Shown here one piece after another: positions 63,919-64,000 of a stretch of 64,000 nt of DNA. Source of the DNA: Octopus sinensis (Eukaryota); contig NC_042998.1 in assembly GCF_006345805.1 (NCBI RefSeq), forward strand, positions 177,134,001 to 177,198,000. The letters run 5' to 3'. How positions within the stretch are numbered: position 1 is the first letter of the stretch; every line of letters starts with the position of its first letter. Below the pieces are notes generated by a model. The model saw nothing but the letters and a program-made list of their open reading frames with translations. It was not told the origin of the DNA and did no database searches. A program made the position numbers and the translations under genes.

Positions 63919-64000
63919 CTATACAATTGCTATTACCGTATTGATATATAAAATAATACATACAGGAGGAGAAAATCTATATATACAATAACACTTAGAT

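Overview
Eukaryotic, AT-rich, repeat-saturated genomic DNA with one 100-N scaffold gap (48147-48246). The SINE families, microsatellite load and LINE complement point to an octopus (coleoid cephalopod) genome; this is inferred from family recognition, not a database search. Nearly all ORFs in the supplied track are microsatellite translation artefacts. The real coding remnants are transposon-derived: several R4/Dong-clade RLE LINEs stacked in (TAA)n tracts, a CR1-like LINE nested in one of them, a complete but dead mariner, a decayed Ty3/Gypsy pol that the ORF track misses, non-autonomous Helitrons, Tc1/Tigger-type MITEs and at least three tRNA-derived SINE families. No intact transposon ORF, rRNA, functional tRNA or CRISPR array was seen. 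Most notable observations: (1) hammerhead-ribozyme motifs from several Penelope-like/retrozyme-like repeat families, one with an intact core and an unusually long (94 nt) stem II; (2) a 313-bp TIR-less mariner fragment, about 98% identical to a mariner 4 kb away, pasted inverted into a LINE; (3) a SINE 1.8-mer inserted as one unit inside a single 14-bp TSD; (4) a tentative chain of phase-compatible minus-strand exons that may belong to an unrecognised host gene whose introns hold most of these repeats.
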